Positions 43,666 through 60,924 of a stretch of DNA of 64,000 nt are shown here, piece by piece. The DNA is from Octopus vulgaris (taxonomy: Eukaryota). A model generated the notes under the pieces. The model did no database searches. It saw nothing but the letters and a program-made list of their open reading frames with translations, and had not been told where the DNA came from. The translations under genes were made by a program, and so were the position numbers. The stretch lies in contig OX597815.1 of the NCBI GenBank assembly GCA_951406725.2, positions 61,194,001-61,258,000 on the forward strand, read 5' to 3'. How positions within the stretch are numbered: position 1 is the first letter of the stretch; each line of letters opens with the position of its first letter.

Positions 43666-43839
<174 letters not shown>

Positions 43840-44563
43840 TATATACGACGGGTTTCTTTCAGTTTCCGTCTACCAAATCCACTTACAAGGCTACGTATCT
43901 GTTCTGCACCAAGCTTCTCAACTCATTCTTTCGATTCATCCAACTCTCTCTTCTTTGTACAGCTATCCCGTCTCCTCTGCTTTATTTCTACCCTTCATTA
44001 CTCGTTCTCTCTTTTTCCTCTCATATAAGTACCACGTGGCCATATCATTTCTTCACTACTTTTGCTGTCTGACCACTCACTCGGTCAGCTGGGTCTTTTT
44101 CAACCCCTCGCCATATCTACTTTGTTCCCCTGTTTGTCTTACTTTTCTACTTTTCTTCCCATGTCATTCTTTCCTGTTAGCGTTTTATAGCCGAAAGGCC
44201 TTCTGCGTATATTTATATGTAAGAAATTCCTGAGTTAAGTTTCTTTGCTTATGTTTTCGCTTTGCACATGTATTGTTTTATAGCCGAAAGGCCTTCTACG
44301 AACGTATATAAAACAATACTTGTGTCGTTTATTATTCAATTGCTTTCGTTACCGTCCTTGATGTTCCTTTTCTATATTTTACTGTTCGGTCTACAGACCC
44401 CGTTTTATTTATTTATTTTGCGCTATTCTCATTCTATTCTTGATGGCCGCTCACTTATATACCAACTACGTTTTGCCGTTGACGGTGCTAAAATGAACAA
44501 TTTTATAGATAAGACATCGAAATTGTGAGGAGTTTTGTTCGATAACTGAGCGTGTCCACGTCC

Positions 44564-44608
<45 letters not shown>

Positions 44609-45196
44609 GCGCGCGCGCGCATTTGTGTGGGCTTGAGCACGGTTGTTATATTTCTTATCTTAATTATTTAAATAATTCTTGTAAAAAAAATGAACTCTAA
44701 GAAACAAAATTCTATCGTTATCCTTTACATAACAACAACAGTGACAAATTATATGTTGAACTTTAAGACATTCTTGCATATTTTTACTGTTTCACTAAAA
44801 AATTGTATTTGCAAAGTATGTGTTAACTAGTTCATTTTTTGTCTGAAACCTGTTAGCTTTTTGAGATTCCTTCATATATAATTGTGCTTCCCTAAACGTG
44901 AACGTATAAACTATGTAGATACACTATAGCTTTCAAATTATTCTCTCTTTCTCACTGATATCAAGGTACATCTGATATTTAACATTGTACTCAGTCTTCC
45001 TTTGCTACCAGAGGCAAATATATCAAATCTGTTATGTTTGGACTAGGTGCGAATTTTAAACGGAATGCCTTGTGTTGAATCATGTATTTTAATGTATGGA
45101 GGGGCGTATGTGTATTGTATGTATGCATAGATGTGTGTATACATATTAAGTATTTATATATTTATCTATATCTATATGTATGTTAGTATATACATA

Positions 45197-45251
<55 letters not shown>

Positions 45252-45337
45252 GTATGTGTATGTATACAAGTATTCCATATATGTATGTTTATATGGTGAC
45301 CGGTAAATTCCACCAAGTAAATTTCACCATAGGTGAA

Positions 45338-45375
<38 letters not shown>

Positions 45376-45422
45376 CATCATCATCATCATCACCATTATC
45401 ATCATCATCATCATCATCATCA

Positions 45423-45504
<82 letters not shown>

Positions 45505-45518
45505 TATTATTATCATCA

Positions 45519-45561
<43 letters not shown>

Positions 45562-45565
45562 TATT

Positions 45566-46085
45566 GAGTGAACAGTGCATGCCGTCAAATATACGAACCC
45601 CAACATACCCATCATGACTACCCGTCTGACAAGGGTACACCAGGCACATGAATCACAGCCACATGTGCGCTACATGGTGACCTCATATCAAGATAAACAA
45701 CGTATGTCCTTGCAGGTGGTGACCAATGAGAAATTTCTCCGGGTCTAATAGCCCCTCCCCCTCAAAAGGTTCCTGAAAAATGGTTGTTTAAAGATGTTCG
45801 AAGCACCCATGTTTCCAGAGGTGAATTATTCAAACTCCGAAAAATTCCTCGCAACACATAGCTATGATTCTCTCCCACTAATTCTGCTCGTGATCACAGA
45901 TGGACATATCGTTAGCCACCAAAGGACATGCTCAACTGGTTATGGTCAAACAACTGACAATAAAATCTGTGGTATTGAGCAGAATATTTTCTGTAGCCCA
46001 TTTTTTGCACCAAGACAAAACATGTACATGATAACACTTCCAATTAGGTATGATCATGAGCCATGAGAGCCACAGCCTGGTATTG
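45566..46085. mobile_element. Unclassified interspersed element embedded in (ATT/ATC)n
   Basis: Non-repetitive ~520-bp segment bounded on both sides by ATT/ATC tracts, like the adjacent LINEs. No protein motif recognised. Confidence 0.35.
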
Positions 46086-46103
46086 CGTATTATTATTATT
46101 ATT

Positions 46104-46174
<71 letters not shown>

Positions 46175-46234
46175 CATCATCATTTTTATTATTATTATTA
46201 TTATTATTATCATCATCATTATCATCATTATCAT

Positions 46235-48094
46235 TGCCTTTACACAGCTTCTAACGCTGGAGAAGTACTATGGTTTCAGCTGTTCACTAACACCCCTTAT
46301 TCTTCGAGCACCTTCCGGAGTATTTGAGCGTTTCCAAACAGTGCTGTTTTCTGCAAGTGCTCCACACTTATTGCAGCCGCTATTTGTTCCATGTACTTCT
46401 CAAGATTTTTACTCACTGTTCTCATGGCTCCGAGTACTAGATATGGGACTACTACCACATTTTACATCGATCACAACTGCTTAACCTTCCAAGCTAACCT
46501 GTCATATCTATCGACTTTTTTTCTTCCTTATCACATACCTTGTTGTGAGCTGGGCATGCTATATCTATGATCCAGCATAGTTTGCTTACTTTCTCAATTA
46601 AGACTATGTTTGGCAAAATTCCACAGGATCATTGCATTATCATTTTCGATGATGCCTTGGGATTTATGGTCTTACCAAGTTTTTGCTCTGTCAAGTCCAT
46701 TCTTGTTGCAAAGTGTCAAATGGACAAGCCTTACTATATTGTCGTGGCGTCTGTTATATTCCTTCTGGGCTAGTGACGTACATTAACTGGTAATATGTCA
46801 TACAGTTTAACCGTTTTGCCCACAAAATTCTGCACTTATCACTTTCTGATGTGTTGTCTATTCTGCATTTTATGTAATTTGTTCTTAGTGCTTGCTCTTG
46901 GGCAGCACAGATTACAGCCTCTGTTTCCGCTTTTAAATTACTTGTAGTCTTTCATAGCCATCTTTTTTCTCTGTCTTATCTTCAACATCCATATGAAAAT
47001 TGCCCATGCATTCTTTTCTTTACCAACCTATTTTCAGTTTCCTTAGTTTTCAATTCCTTGTACAGTGCTTTATATTTGCAATCTTTCATCCTACACAAGC
47101 CTGACCTTCTTACTTCTAATAATAGCGATTCTGTGGCATGTTTTACATACCATGCTATGTTGTCTTATTTTGCTCTAATGCTGTGTTCGCCTTCAATAAG
47201 TACTCTTCCCCCTCTTTTTCTTGGTACATACAATCTGTCTGTGTCACTTTTTGGGTGGAGTGTCCCATATCTAGTTAGCAACTTTCTTGTCTTTCTGTCG
47301 AAGTCGTTTAGATCGTCTACTGTCCATGTGATTACCCCTGCTCCATATCTAAGGAGTGAAATCGCCCAGGTGTTGATAGCTTCCATCTCATTTCGTCCGT
47401 TTAATTTCGACTTAAGTATAAGTCTCTGTCTGCGCAAATACTCCACCTTACATTTTTCTGTCATTTCTTTCTTTCTCCATTAATTTATCCATTTCCCAAA
47501 TCCCCAAGTACTTATAGCCCGTCTCTTCCATCTGCTTCACAACCTCCTGCTGACGGTATCGTTAGCCCGTCTATACATTTGATTTTGCCTCTCTTCAAGA
47601 CTAACACACCACACTTTCTCAGTCCGAACTCCATTCTGATATCAGTGCTGAAAGTATATACCATATCAATGAGGGAACTGACTTGGGCTTCATCTTTACC
47701 ACAAAGTTTGAAGTCATCCATGAATAACAAATGGTTGACTTTTTGTTGGCGGCTTTTGAATACATACCCAGCTTTTGATTTCCTCGGAATCAGTGTTAGT
47801 GGTATCAAGCACAGTACAAAGATCAGTAGGAACTGGCAGTCTCCTTGGAATATGCCCCACCTGATTTCTATTGTCCCTAAACCCTATAATGTCAGGTCCG
47901 TCCTCCAACTAACCATACTTTTTCCAAGCAATCGCTCAACATTCGATGCAATACCAAATAGGTTCATACATTCCACAATCCAAGAATGTGGTATCATTTC
48001 GTACGCCTTACAATAGTCGATCTGTGACATGACTAAGTTACTTTTCCTCTTCTTGCAGTCTCTAAGTATAGTTTTGTCTATCAGGAGTTGATCC

Positions 48095-48095
<1 letters not shown>
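46235..48095 (-). mobile_element. R4/Dong-type (RLE) non-LTR retrotransposon, decayed and 5'-truncated
   Basis: IDYCKAY, GIFQGD, VNHLLFMDDFKL, EFGLRKC, AINTWAISLLRY and LHPKSDTDRLYVPRKRGGR, with frameshifts. Flanked by (ATT/ATC)n. Confidence 0.88.
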
Positions 48096-48132
<37 letters not shown>

Positions 48133-48183
48133 GTTGTTTTTGTTGTCATTGTCGTTGTCGTTGTCGTTATCATTATCATTATC

Positions 48184-50376
<2,193 letters not shown>

Positions 50377-50377
<1 letters not shown>

Positions 50378-50729
50378 TATGTTTGACTTTTGCTTTATAT
50401 TTGTACAAGTTGGCTCCAAGTCTCACCCAGAGACCTCAAGAGACAACAGGGTTGGAAGTTCATGTTGTTGTTATGCCTAGTGTGCCATATATTTGGGGGG
50501 TGGGGATGTTGTACTAATGAATGTCTAAAAAAAAAGTTTTTTGTTTTTTTTTTAAACCGAAAATTATGTTTGTTTTAAACCTTGAGATTACATAGAGAGT
50601 ATTTTGCGTAGGATATGAGCAGTTCCCATGAGCACTATCTTTTGAACTTCTGCCATTTTTGGGTTTCCTGGTATCTGAGTTAGGTAGCTATCAGCCCCTT
50701 TTGCTATCATTCCCAGGGCACCTATGACC
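50377..50729 (-). mobile_element. 3' end of a related R4/Dong-type family
   Basis: VIGALGMIAKGADSYLTQIPGNPKMAEVQKIVLMGTAHILRKILSM*, homologous to the C-terminus of 48404..49090. (TAA)n on both sides. Confidence 0.85.
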
Positions 50730-50806
<77 letters not shown>

Positions 50807-50810
50807 TTAT

Positions 50811-51700
50811 TATGGATTAGTGGTGGGGAATTGCGATGACATTCTCGGGGAGGCTCTGGGTGCCGACGAAAACGAACTGGCTAGGCCTGTTCTAGAGGAC
50901 TTTTGGGGAAGGAACTATCATGGATAATTTCAAAATGTCCTCGCAGTACTAGAGAGGGTGGGGCACTACCAGTTCAAGATAAACTCTACAGGCACGGACG
51001 TGCTTGTCAGACGGGCTTGTTCGAGGTTTCGCGCAGATTGAAGAAGCACGCGCTCGTCTGTATTCACTCGTCCGGTGTCCGGGCGTTGCTGAGTTATGGT
51101 ATGTCGAACAGTTGCTGTCACATGTGGGACGGATCCGTGATGAATACCTCGTCGCCCTCCTTTAATCAGGCCGGCAATGTAGTTTTCCTTTGCCTGGTAG
51201 CAGCGGTGAAAGAGATTGCTGGACGAGGCTCAAAGGCATGTGGACCGATACATTCCTCTTTGGTAGAGGTTTCATTGACTTCTTCAAGTGTCACTTGAAG
51301 AAATTGAGGGCGGAGAGGGAAGTGCAGTCCTCGAGTGAGTTTATTGAAAGGTGGGTGAAAGCCGCGAAAATGGCAAGAGTGGATAGTACCTCTCTAAGTG
51401 TAGACCTGTGTGTCGGAGAAAGGGAATTGGAGAAGGCACTTACTCTTGATGTTCAGGGAGATCTTGGACAGTGGGGTTCCTCGATTACTCCTAGAGGTCA
51501 TCCTGTATCAAGAGGACTACATCTCTATCACCCCCACATTTTTTAATCGTTGTATATTTTCCTTTCTTTTAACTGTATGCCATGTATACTTACTTTTTTT
51601 GTTACTTATTTATTTTATCATTTCATTATATGTAAACCGCCATACTTTATGTCTATCTTTGCATTGTGCCCCTCATCTTTCGCCTGGTGGCAAATAAATG
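50811..51700 (+). mobile_element. Tx1/L1-clade LINE 3' fragment, decayed
   Basis: GALPVQDKLYRHG..HALVC and CWTRLKG..FIDFFKCHL, homologous to 60924-61330. AATAAA at the 3' end; flanked by (ATT)n. Confidence 0.75.
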
Positions 51701-51836
51701 AAATTATCATTATCATCATCATCATCACCATTATTATTATTATTATTATTATTGTTGTTGTTGTAGTTGTTGTTGTTGTTGTTATTATTATTATCATTAT
51801 TATTATTATCATTATTATTATTATTATTATTATTAT

Positions 51837-51875
<39 letters not shown>

Positions 51876-51881
51876 CAACAG

Positions 51882-51922
<41 letters not shown>

Positions 51923-53309
51923 TAGTAGTAGCAACAGAGCAGCAGCAGCAGTAGTATTTTATAACTACTAAAAACTGTATTTCCTTTCTAACAGAAGATT
52001 ATCTCCCATGTATTCACTTGCTAACTGGTCAGCTGGAGAACATTAGATGTCTGTTGCAACACTTTTATACCGAAGATGATATTTCATTGTAGATTGAATT
52101 TTTCAGTTGTAAATTTTTTAGAATTGTTCTTTCTCGTATGTACATAACCTGTATTTCAGACCTCATAACCATTTCTTATATGTACCCTTCTTGTAGTGCT
52201 CATCTTCCTGTCACGCACTATTCTTCTCGTAAAGCGTTTCTATGAATCACCGCCACCGATGCTAACAAATAATAACAGTAGACAAAGTCATACATATCGA
52301 GATAGAGATGACTATGAGAAAACTATGAGATATAACTATGAGAAAACACTGAACATTAAGTTATCTTCTTTGCAGTATATTATGTTCCTCATCCTTAAAC
52401 CTGAAGGAGAGCAGATGAAACGATTATGAAAATTCTATCTCCCAGTTCCGCTTCATCTGGAAACTGTGGACCCATCGAAATGATTTTGCCAAGATCAAAG
52501 GAAGTAGCCTTGATAAGGCCTCCTCCTTACGCACCAGGAGTTCATAATTGCCAACTCTCCACCCGTGAGAAACTACAGTTACTCCACTTATAGGAAGAAT
52601 GGGCTATCTTATTATTACTACCAAACATTCGACTTGTTAACGAACCTCTGACCGCTGATAACCCAGATATACCACTCTAGGCCTAGCTGATCATCATTCA
52701 AATGTAGGGTATACAATCCCAGCTCTCTGTTTAGACTAGAGCCTATTCATTTTGGTCATGTGGCCTCATTTGTAGCACTACGTAATAACAGCTAGCGTTA
52801 ATGTTTTCAAACTTTACAGGATGATGATTGATCTACTGACTGGCGCCAATATCTTTTCTACGCCACCACTTGAGGTACCGAGCTGAATATATCAGATTGA
52901 GCGCTACTAACAAAGTGGCACCGACATCCTGGCTGCAATATTTGATCCTAAAACTGAAGAAAATAACTGATGTCGGTTTGAAAGCATAACGACCATATAA
53001 ACTGAGCTGATCAATAAAGGTCTGAGTATTTAGAAGCCACTTTGATTTCCTTTCAATCTCTACTCTATCTCCGAACGCCTGGCAAGGTGGTTGTGTCCTA
53101 CGACCACGAAACTTAAAGTAACACAAGACCGAGTGAAACACTTACACACACACATAGAGAGAGAGAAAGAGAGAGCGAGAGATACATACACATATTCACA
53201 CATGTATACATACACGCACACATACATACATGCATACATACACACATATTTACATTCACAATAGATACATACATACATACATACATACATACATACATAC
53301 ATACATACA

Positions 53310-53340
<31 letters not shown>

Positions 53341-54718
53341 GTACGTATAAGTGTGTTCCAACTTTCTTTAAAACACGACTCCTCCATTAAAATCTTCAAT
53401 TAATCCTGAAACTAAATTAAAATTTTATTTAGAAAAAGCTAATTTGATTTAATTAAGTATATTAATTATGTTTATAAATGACACTGACTGAATGGTTGTC
53501 AAATATAAATTGGAGTAGTTTTGTTTAATTAGTCAACTCAGAGAGGGAGGGGGAGGAAGAAAGACAGAGGGAGAGAGAGAGAGAGAGCATCTAGCCAATC
53601 CTGTATACAGCTATGCTGACAAAAGTAATTATGAGACCGATAACAATATATGCCTATATGTGCGCGCGTGCGTGTGTGTATATGTGCGCGTATACATGTC
53701 TATATGTATATATGAGTGAGTGCGAATGTACACACGCACAAACATATATATATATATATATATAAATTAGAAATATTGAATTTCTAAATGTCTCAGAGAG
53801 ACATAAGCGGTGGTGGAGCGATATAGTGGTCGTATACTGTCAACTCAATGTGACAGTCCCTTAAGGGAATTACACCACCGCCATTTAGCCCTAGGAAACA
53901 TCGACGTCTCCTGTCGACTTTGACACATTTTCTGTGTCCTTAGGAGGCAATCACCCCCGCAAGCCGGGACAAGGCACCTGAAGACATATGTTTCAGAGTG
54001 TATTGCTCATCGTCAGTTCAGAGTAGCCTGCCTCGCTCGCTGAGATGACTGCAACCCCTCTGCAAATATATCATATTATCAGTAAAATCAATTTAGTGAA
54101 ACATGGAGGAACACAAATATAGGCAGATATCTAGATAAGTAGTAAGTTTGAAGGTGGAGAATGAGAGAAGGAAACAGTTGAATTGGTGTGTGTTTGTGAA
54201 CACTGCAAGTAGCATTGTACTCCAGTAGAACCTGTTCCATAGTTTGGTCATTGGTGACCCTTGCAGCAGGCTGGTCTGAAGGAGTAGAGGACTGCTCAGC
54301 AGAAGCCCTGACAAGATGCTTCAAAAGATAGATGATCGCTATTTAACGTGTATTATCTAACGTGGACATGAAAACACAGGAAATAATTAATAAGCTGTTG
54401 TAAGACCACTTTAGGAATGTGTAACCCTAGCTGTTGTGAAAGCATCTGGTAAGGTGGATAATAAATGGAGCTCTTTCACTGTACAGGGACAACTTATTTT
54501 TTATGTAGTGGTAGGGGGCAACCCACAAATGTTGTGAGTGTGTCCAGTAAGACAGAAGGTACAGTAGTAGACCCTAAGGGAAAACCTATGACTGTCAGGT
54601 TAAGAGATGGTTTCCAACAGAAACACACACACTCACGTACACGTACACACATACATACGTACGCGTACACACACACACACATGTATGTAAGCAGAGAGAG
54701 ATAGGTAGACCGACAACC

Positions 54719-54823
<105 letters not shown>

Positions 54824-55105
54824 TTACTAGAAAAGACAAAGTATTTCGTTTTGCACCCATAATATACAAACAAATATATTAAAAATTTACAAGTCAAAAT
54901 TGTGCCTTACTCTTTGAGTTAGCAGTGCGATGTTCTCAATTTTAAGTGATAAACTATAGATTTTTATAGAATTCAGAGCCAGCTCCATCAGTTACGACGT
55001 TTATTATATGCATACATAGACGTATTCATGTTCTTTTACTCTTTTATTCTTTAATTTGTTTCAGTCATGTGACTGTTGCTATGCTGGGGCATCGCCTTTG
55101 AATAG

Positions 55106-55173
55106 AAAAAATGGAACGCTTCACGAATTTGCGTGTCATCCTTGCGCAGAGGCCTTCCTAATTTTCTCTGTAT
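55106..55173 (-). pseudogene. U6: 5'-truncated U6 snRNA retrocopy
   Basis: Reverse complement ATACAGAGAAAATTAGGAAGGCCTCTGCGCAAGGATGACACGCAAATTCGTGAAGCGTTCCATTTTTT matches the U6 3' two-thirds (ACAGAGA box). It has substitutions in the AGC triad/ISL region and lacks the 5' stem-loop. Confidence 0.92.
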
Positions 55174-55404
55174 TGGGGCGTGTGTGTATATGTGTGTGTT
55201 TGTGATGGGCTTCTTTACAGTTGCCATCTACGAAATTCACTCGCAAGGCTTTGATCGATCCAGGACTAGAAGAGAAGATACTTGGTTAAGTTACCAGGCA
55301 GCGAGACTGAAGCTGAAACTACATGGTTGCTAAGCGGGCTTCTTAACCGCGTAGCCATATTTACAAACATACATACATGCATATATACATATATATATAC
55401 ACAT

Positions 55405-55451
<47 letters not shown>

Positions 55452-55466
55452 GACACATACATACAT

Positions 55467-55556
<90 letters not shown>

Positions 55557-55561
<5 letters not shown>

Positions 55562-57372
55562 TAATCCAAACAAGAAAACACAAAAAAGACAACAACGCAA
55601 AGAGGTGGAACAATTAAAGTATTATTAGGCGCTCAGGAAAAAAGGGAAGAAGGAGGGTATGACGTTTCGAGCGGAGCTCTTCGTCGGAAACATAAGAGTA
55701 AGAAAGATCCCGAGGTAGGAGGACAGAGGGGAAAAAACGCGAGTGGTCTTCACGAGGTAAACATACTGAAAGGCGGAAGTCGTAGACAAGAGGGGACAGG
55801 TTTTCAGAGACAGGAGAGCGGAAAAAGAAGGAAGGTAAAACACAATGTGTGAGATGAAGAGGGAGTGTATGTGAGTGTGTGCGTGTGTGTGTATGTATGT
55901 ATATGTTAGGTGACGGTTGGTGGCAAGCAGCAGTAGTAACGGTGTGCGAGATGACAGGTGTGTGTGTTTATTAGTGCGTGCATGTGTGTGCATGTGTGTG
56001 TATGTTGGGCGAAGGCTAGTGGTCGTAGCGAGTCACAGGTCAGTAGTAAAAAGAGGAAGAAGGGGAATGTGTGCGTGCGTGTGTGTGTTTTGTTGTAGTA
56101 TGTCTGTGTACGTGTGCGTTTTTTTGTGTGTATGGCGAGTAACTGTGCTTAACTGAGTGTATGTGTGGGTGTGTGTGTGTGCGTATATGTGCGTATATGT
56201 ATAATTGTGTGCATGTATGTATGTGTGCGTGCGTGTGTGTGCGCATGTTTTGGTGTGCGTATGTATGTGTGTGTCTGTGCTTATATGTGTGTACGTATGT
56301 GTATGTGTGCGTGCGCGTGGAGGTATATGTTGGGTATGTGTATGTGCCGGTGTGCATGTGAATTCGTGTGTGTTTGTACGTGTGTAAGTGAGTGTGCGTG
56401 TATTGTATATATATATATGTAAATGTGTGTGTGTGAGTGCGCGGGAGTGAATGTATGTATGTATGTGCGTGTGTGTACAAAAAGTAGGGTATTAAAAGTG
56501 TGTTTATATGTTTATGTGTGTGTATATATGTGCATGCAAGGAAACAATTCGCAACTGAAGGAATGGTGGAAAAATACTCCCGCGGTGACAGGCGTAAGAG
56601 AAACCCAGATCGCGCCGGCCCCAGATACGAACCCGAGATATAGCCAGAACCCACAGGCGTGGTGCATGCATGTATGTATGCGTGCGCGAGCGCGCGCATG
56701 CATGTGTGTGCGCGTGCATGCGAGTGTGTGTGTAAGTATGTGCGTGTGTATGTGTGAGTGTGTATGTGTGTATGTCTGTGTGTCTGTGTGTATGTGTGTC
56801 CGTATGAGTGTATGTAAATATGTATGTGTGTATATGTGTGTGTGGGTGTATGTATGTATGTATGTATGTATGTATGTATGTATGTGTGTGTGTATGTGTG
56901 TGTGCATGTATGTATGTGTGTATGTGTGGAAGTGTGTGTGTGTGCATGTGTGTGCGCGTGCATGCGAGTGTGTGTGTAAGTATGTGTGTGTGTATGTATG
57001 TGTGAGTGTGTATGTGTGTATGTCTGTGTGTATGTGTGTCCGTATGAGTGTATGTAAGTATGTGTGTGTATGTGTGTATGTATGTATGTATGTGTGTATG
57101 TGTGTGTGTGTATGATTGTATGTGTGTATGTGTGGAAGTGTGTGTGTGTGTGTATGTATGTATGCGTGCATGCGTGTATGTGTGTGTATGTATGCATGCA
57201 TGCATGCATGTGCCCATGTATGTGTGTGTGTATGTGTGTGCATGTGTGTAAGTATATGTGTATGTGCGTATATGTGTGTGTATGTGTGTGTGTATGTATG
57301 TGTGTAGGCGTGTGTGTATAGGTGTATGTGTGTATGTATGTATGTATGTATGGGTATGTGTCTGTGTATGCT

Positions 57373-57403
<31 letters not shown>

Positions 57404-57782
57404 ATGAGTGAAGGTATGAATGTATGTAAGTGTGTGTGTGTACGTATGTAATGTATGTGTGTATGCGGGTGTGTGTCTGTGTGTATGCGTGTGCGTGTGT
57501 ATATAGGTGCGTATGTATGTGTGTGGGAGTGTAGGTGTGTGTGTGTGTATGTGTGCGTGTGCGTGTGCGTGTATATGTGGGTGTGTGTGTATGTGTGTGA
57601 GTGTGAGTGTATGGGTGTATGTCATGCATGTGTGTGCGCGTGCAGGCGAGTGTGTGTGTAAGTATGTGTGTGTGTATGTATGTGTGAGTGTGTATGTGTG
57701 TATGTCTGTGTGTATGTGTGTCCGTATGAGAGTATGTAAGTATGTGTGTGTATATGTGTATGTGTATGGGTGTATGTATGTA

Positions 57783-57827
<45 letters not shown>

Positions 57828-57831
57828 GTGT

Positions 57832-57863
<32 letters not shown>

Positions 57864-57960
57864 GTGTATGTATGTATGTATGTGCATGCGTGTGTGTGTG
57901 TGGGTATGTATGTATGCGTGCATGCGTGTATGTGTGTGTATGTATGCATGCAAGCATGCC
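55557..57960 (-). mobile_element. 3' portion of the same PLE family as 23503-26725 (CA-rich tract, GC-rich island, hammerhead-like end)
   Basis: Reverse complement of 55657-55691 is gtttCCGACGAagagctccgctcGAAAcgTCatac, identical to 26599-26633. The island at 56535-56670 is homologous to 25912-26045. Confidence 0.8.
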
Positions 57961-58710
57961 TGTGCGTATGTATGTGTGTATGACTGTTCTTATAGTTACA
58001 TATACAAACACATTCATAGATACACACACATATTAGATTCAGTGATCTACGCACACATATTTGCGTACATAACGAGCAAATATAAAAGCATAGACAGAAA
58101 CGCCAACAAATTCATATAAGTACGAGTTTATACCATTGACATAGGCATACACATATACACACACACTTATACATACACACGCACGCGCGCGCACATACGC
58201 GCACACACATACACACACACACACATCAAGCTGACGTAATCCCATTGGATAAACCATCGCTTAGGCCGTTGCTAGAGTCCGACCTCTGACATGGTTGCGA
58301 ACCCACTGACAGCGGATTTCGCCGCCAGGCGTCGCTGTCAGTCAGTTTCCGCAGCGGATTAATGGTGTCTCCGTTTAGGGTTCAGCTGTCAGATCACTTC
58401 TCTTTTCAGACTCTCCTCTTTCTGTACCCTCCCACCCTCCTGCTTACTCTCCCTCTTACTTCCCTTCCTTCTCACTCTTCCTTACACTCTCATTCTCACC
58501 ACCTCTCTCACTAACAACTTTCTATCTTTCATTTTGTCTTTGCCTATCCCTCTCTGTTTTTCCACATTGCTTTTCATTCTCTCATTTTGTCGATCAACTT
58601 CTATTTTTCATTTTCTTTCTTTCTTCCTTTCTTTCTTTTCTTTTCTGTCTTCCTTTCTTTACTTTCAACAGCTTTTTCACAATATTCTCTCCCCCCACCA
58701 CCTGTATGTA

Positions 58711-58767
<57 letters not shown>

Positions 58768-59264
58768 ATGTATATGTATCCATTTCTTCCTCCCTCTCTC
58801 TCTCTCTATTTATCTAGCTAGCTGTCTGTCTGTCTATCTATCAATCTATCAATCTTGCTATCTATCTGTCTATCTGTCTGTCTATCTATCAATCTATCTA
58901 TCTAGCTAGCTATCTCTCTGTCTCTCTATCTCTCTATATATCTATCTATCAACCTATCTACTTCGTTTCCTTCTTGTATCTTTCTATTCTTCATATAAAA
59001 ATTCATCTTCAGCAATTTATTTGAATCTTCATACATACCTCTCACACATTGCCCATCTCTTCTCCATACATTCATTCATGTTTTTATCTTTGTCTGTCTA
59101 TCGAGCTGTCTGCCCCTTTCTCTCTCTTTCTCTCTCTCTCCCTCTTTCCCTCTCTCTCTGCCTCTGTCATATGTGTGGTTACACACACACACATACGAAG
59201 ATATGTATATGTATGTATGTATATATTATACACGTATGTGTATATAGATATATCTGCTTACGTA

Positions 59265-59337
<73 letters not shown>

Positions 59338-60739
59338 GTATTTATATAAATATACAAATATAGCTATACACACTCATATAAACATATATAAATACATATG
59401 AATATTTATCTGTAATCGTTTATCTTTTATTTGTTTCAGTCATTAGATTGCGGTCATGCTGGGGCACTGCCTTGAAGAATTTTTAGTAGAATGAATCTTT
59501 TTAATTTTTGAAAGTGTGGTACATATTCTATCGATCTCTTTGCTAAATCGCTAATTTACGGGGACGTAAACATGCCAACGCCGTTGACAACCACAGATAC
59601 ACAAACACACACACACACACATACACACATATATCTATATATAACAACAACAATAATAATAATATAAATAATATATATATGCATATAAACATACATATAT
59701 GTACATACTTACACATATATGGATGTACATATGCATATATGGATATAGGACGTCACAGAACGTAAACAACATGAAATACGAAATCATGGAATACGAACTT
59801 CTTTTTTGCGAACAACGAAAGACACAAATGGACAAGTTGTTCACAAGAAACATAATGAACAACTCTTCATCGGTTGTCAGCGGTGGTCTTTTTTTAGTTT
59901 CCCTCTGCGAAATCCATTCACAAGCCTTTGGTAGGCCCGCGGCTATGGTAGAAGACATTTGGCCAAGGTACCACGCACTGGAACTGAACACGGCACCATG
60001 TGGTTGGGAAACAAGCTTCTTACCACACTGCCACGTCTTACAAAGAAATACTTGGCAGAGGCTTCGAAGTTTCGGCTTGTTCATATTCATCAGATATTTC
60101 GATGAAAGTGAGAATACCGAAACTTTGAGGTAACGGTCAAACTTTTCCTTGCAAAAGTTCATAAATATATACTTTATCAAATGGTAGAGTAAGGTTTAAC
60201 GTTAAATTCTTTTTATATATAACTTAAAAACTGAGATTTACATAAATACACACACAGACACACAGACATACTCATGCACGCACACACGCACGCATGCACG
60301 CACGCACACACGCACGCATGCACGCACGCACATGCACACACACACACACATGGTGGATTCTCCCGTCGGAGAGACGTATGAATATTCAGCTTTTGCTAAA
60401 CGACCTACACAAATGATTTGTTTATAGTGATCAAATGTACATTAGCTCATTCCCTCAATCAAATCGATGTTATCTGAACAAGTGCACAGTGTACCATGCG
60501 TAAGTGATCACAGAGCAACGTGAGATGAAGTGTTTTGCTCAAGCACACAAAACTTTACTTGGTCTATAAATTGAAACCACGATCTCGCTATCGTGAGTGC
60601 AACACCCTAACCAGCAGGCCATGCGTCCTCGTAGTGTGTGCGTGTGTGCATAGGAGCATACATACATGCGTACATACATACATAATACATACATACATAC
60701 ATACATACACACACATATATACATGCATACATACATACA

Positions 60740-60770
<31 letters not shown>

Positions 60771-60841
60771 GGATGTCCTCTTACAGTCTCCTTCTATCAG
60801 ATCTACTCACAAGGCTTTAGTTAGCCGTACGATATCGAAGA

Positions 60842-60923
<82 letters not shown>

Positions 60924-60924
<1 letters not shown>

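Noticed and set aside
56040-58054. Very long His/Thr/Tyr-rich ORFs (637 aa, 516 aa) and similar HT, CV, YI, poly-I and poly-L ORFs throughout the window
   Set aside because: They are translations of CA/TA/ATT microsatellites, open in several frames and on both strands because such repeats lack stop codons.
60060-60135. Hammerhead on the minus strand (CTGATGA..GAAA cttcgaag)
   Set aside because: The core words are present but the cleavage triplet and stems I and II are broken; at most a decayed PLE end.
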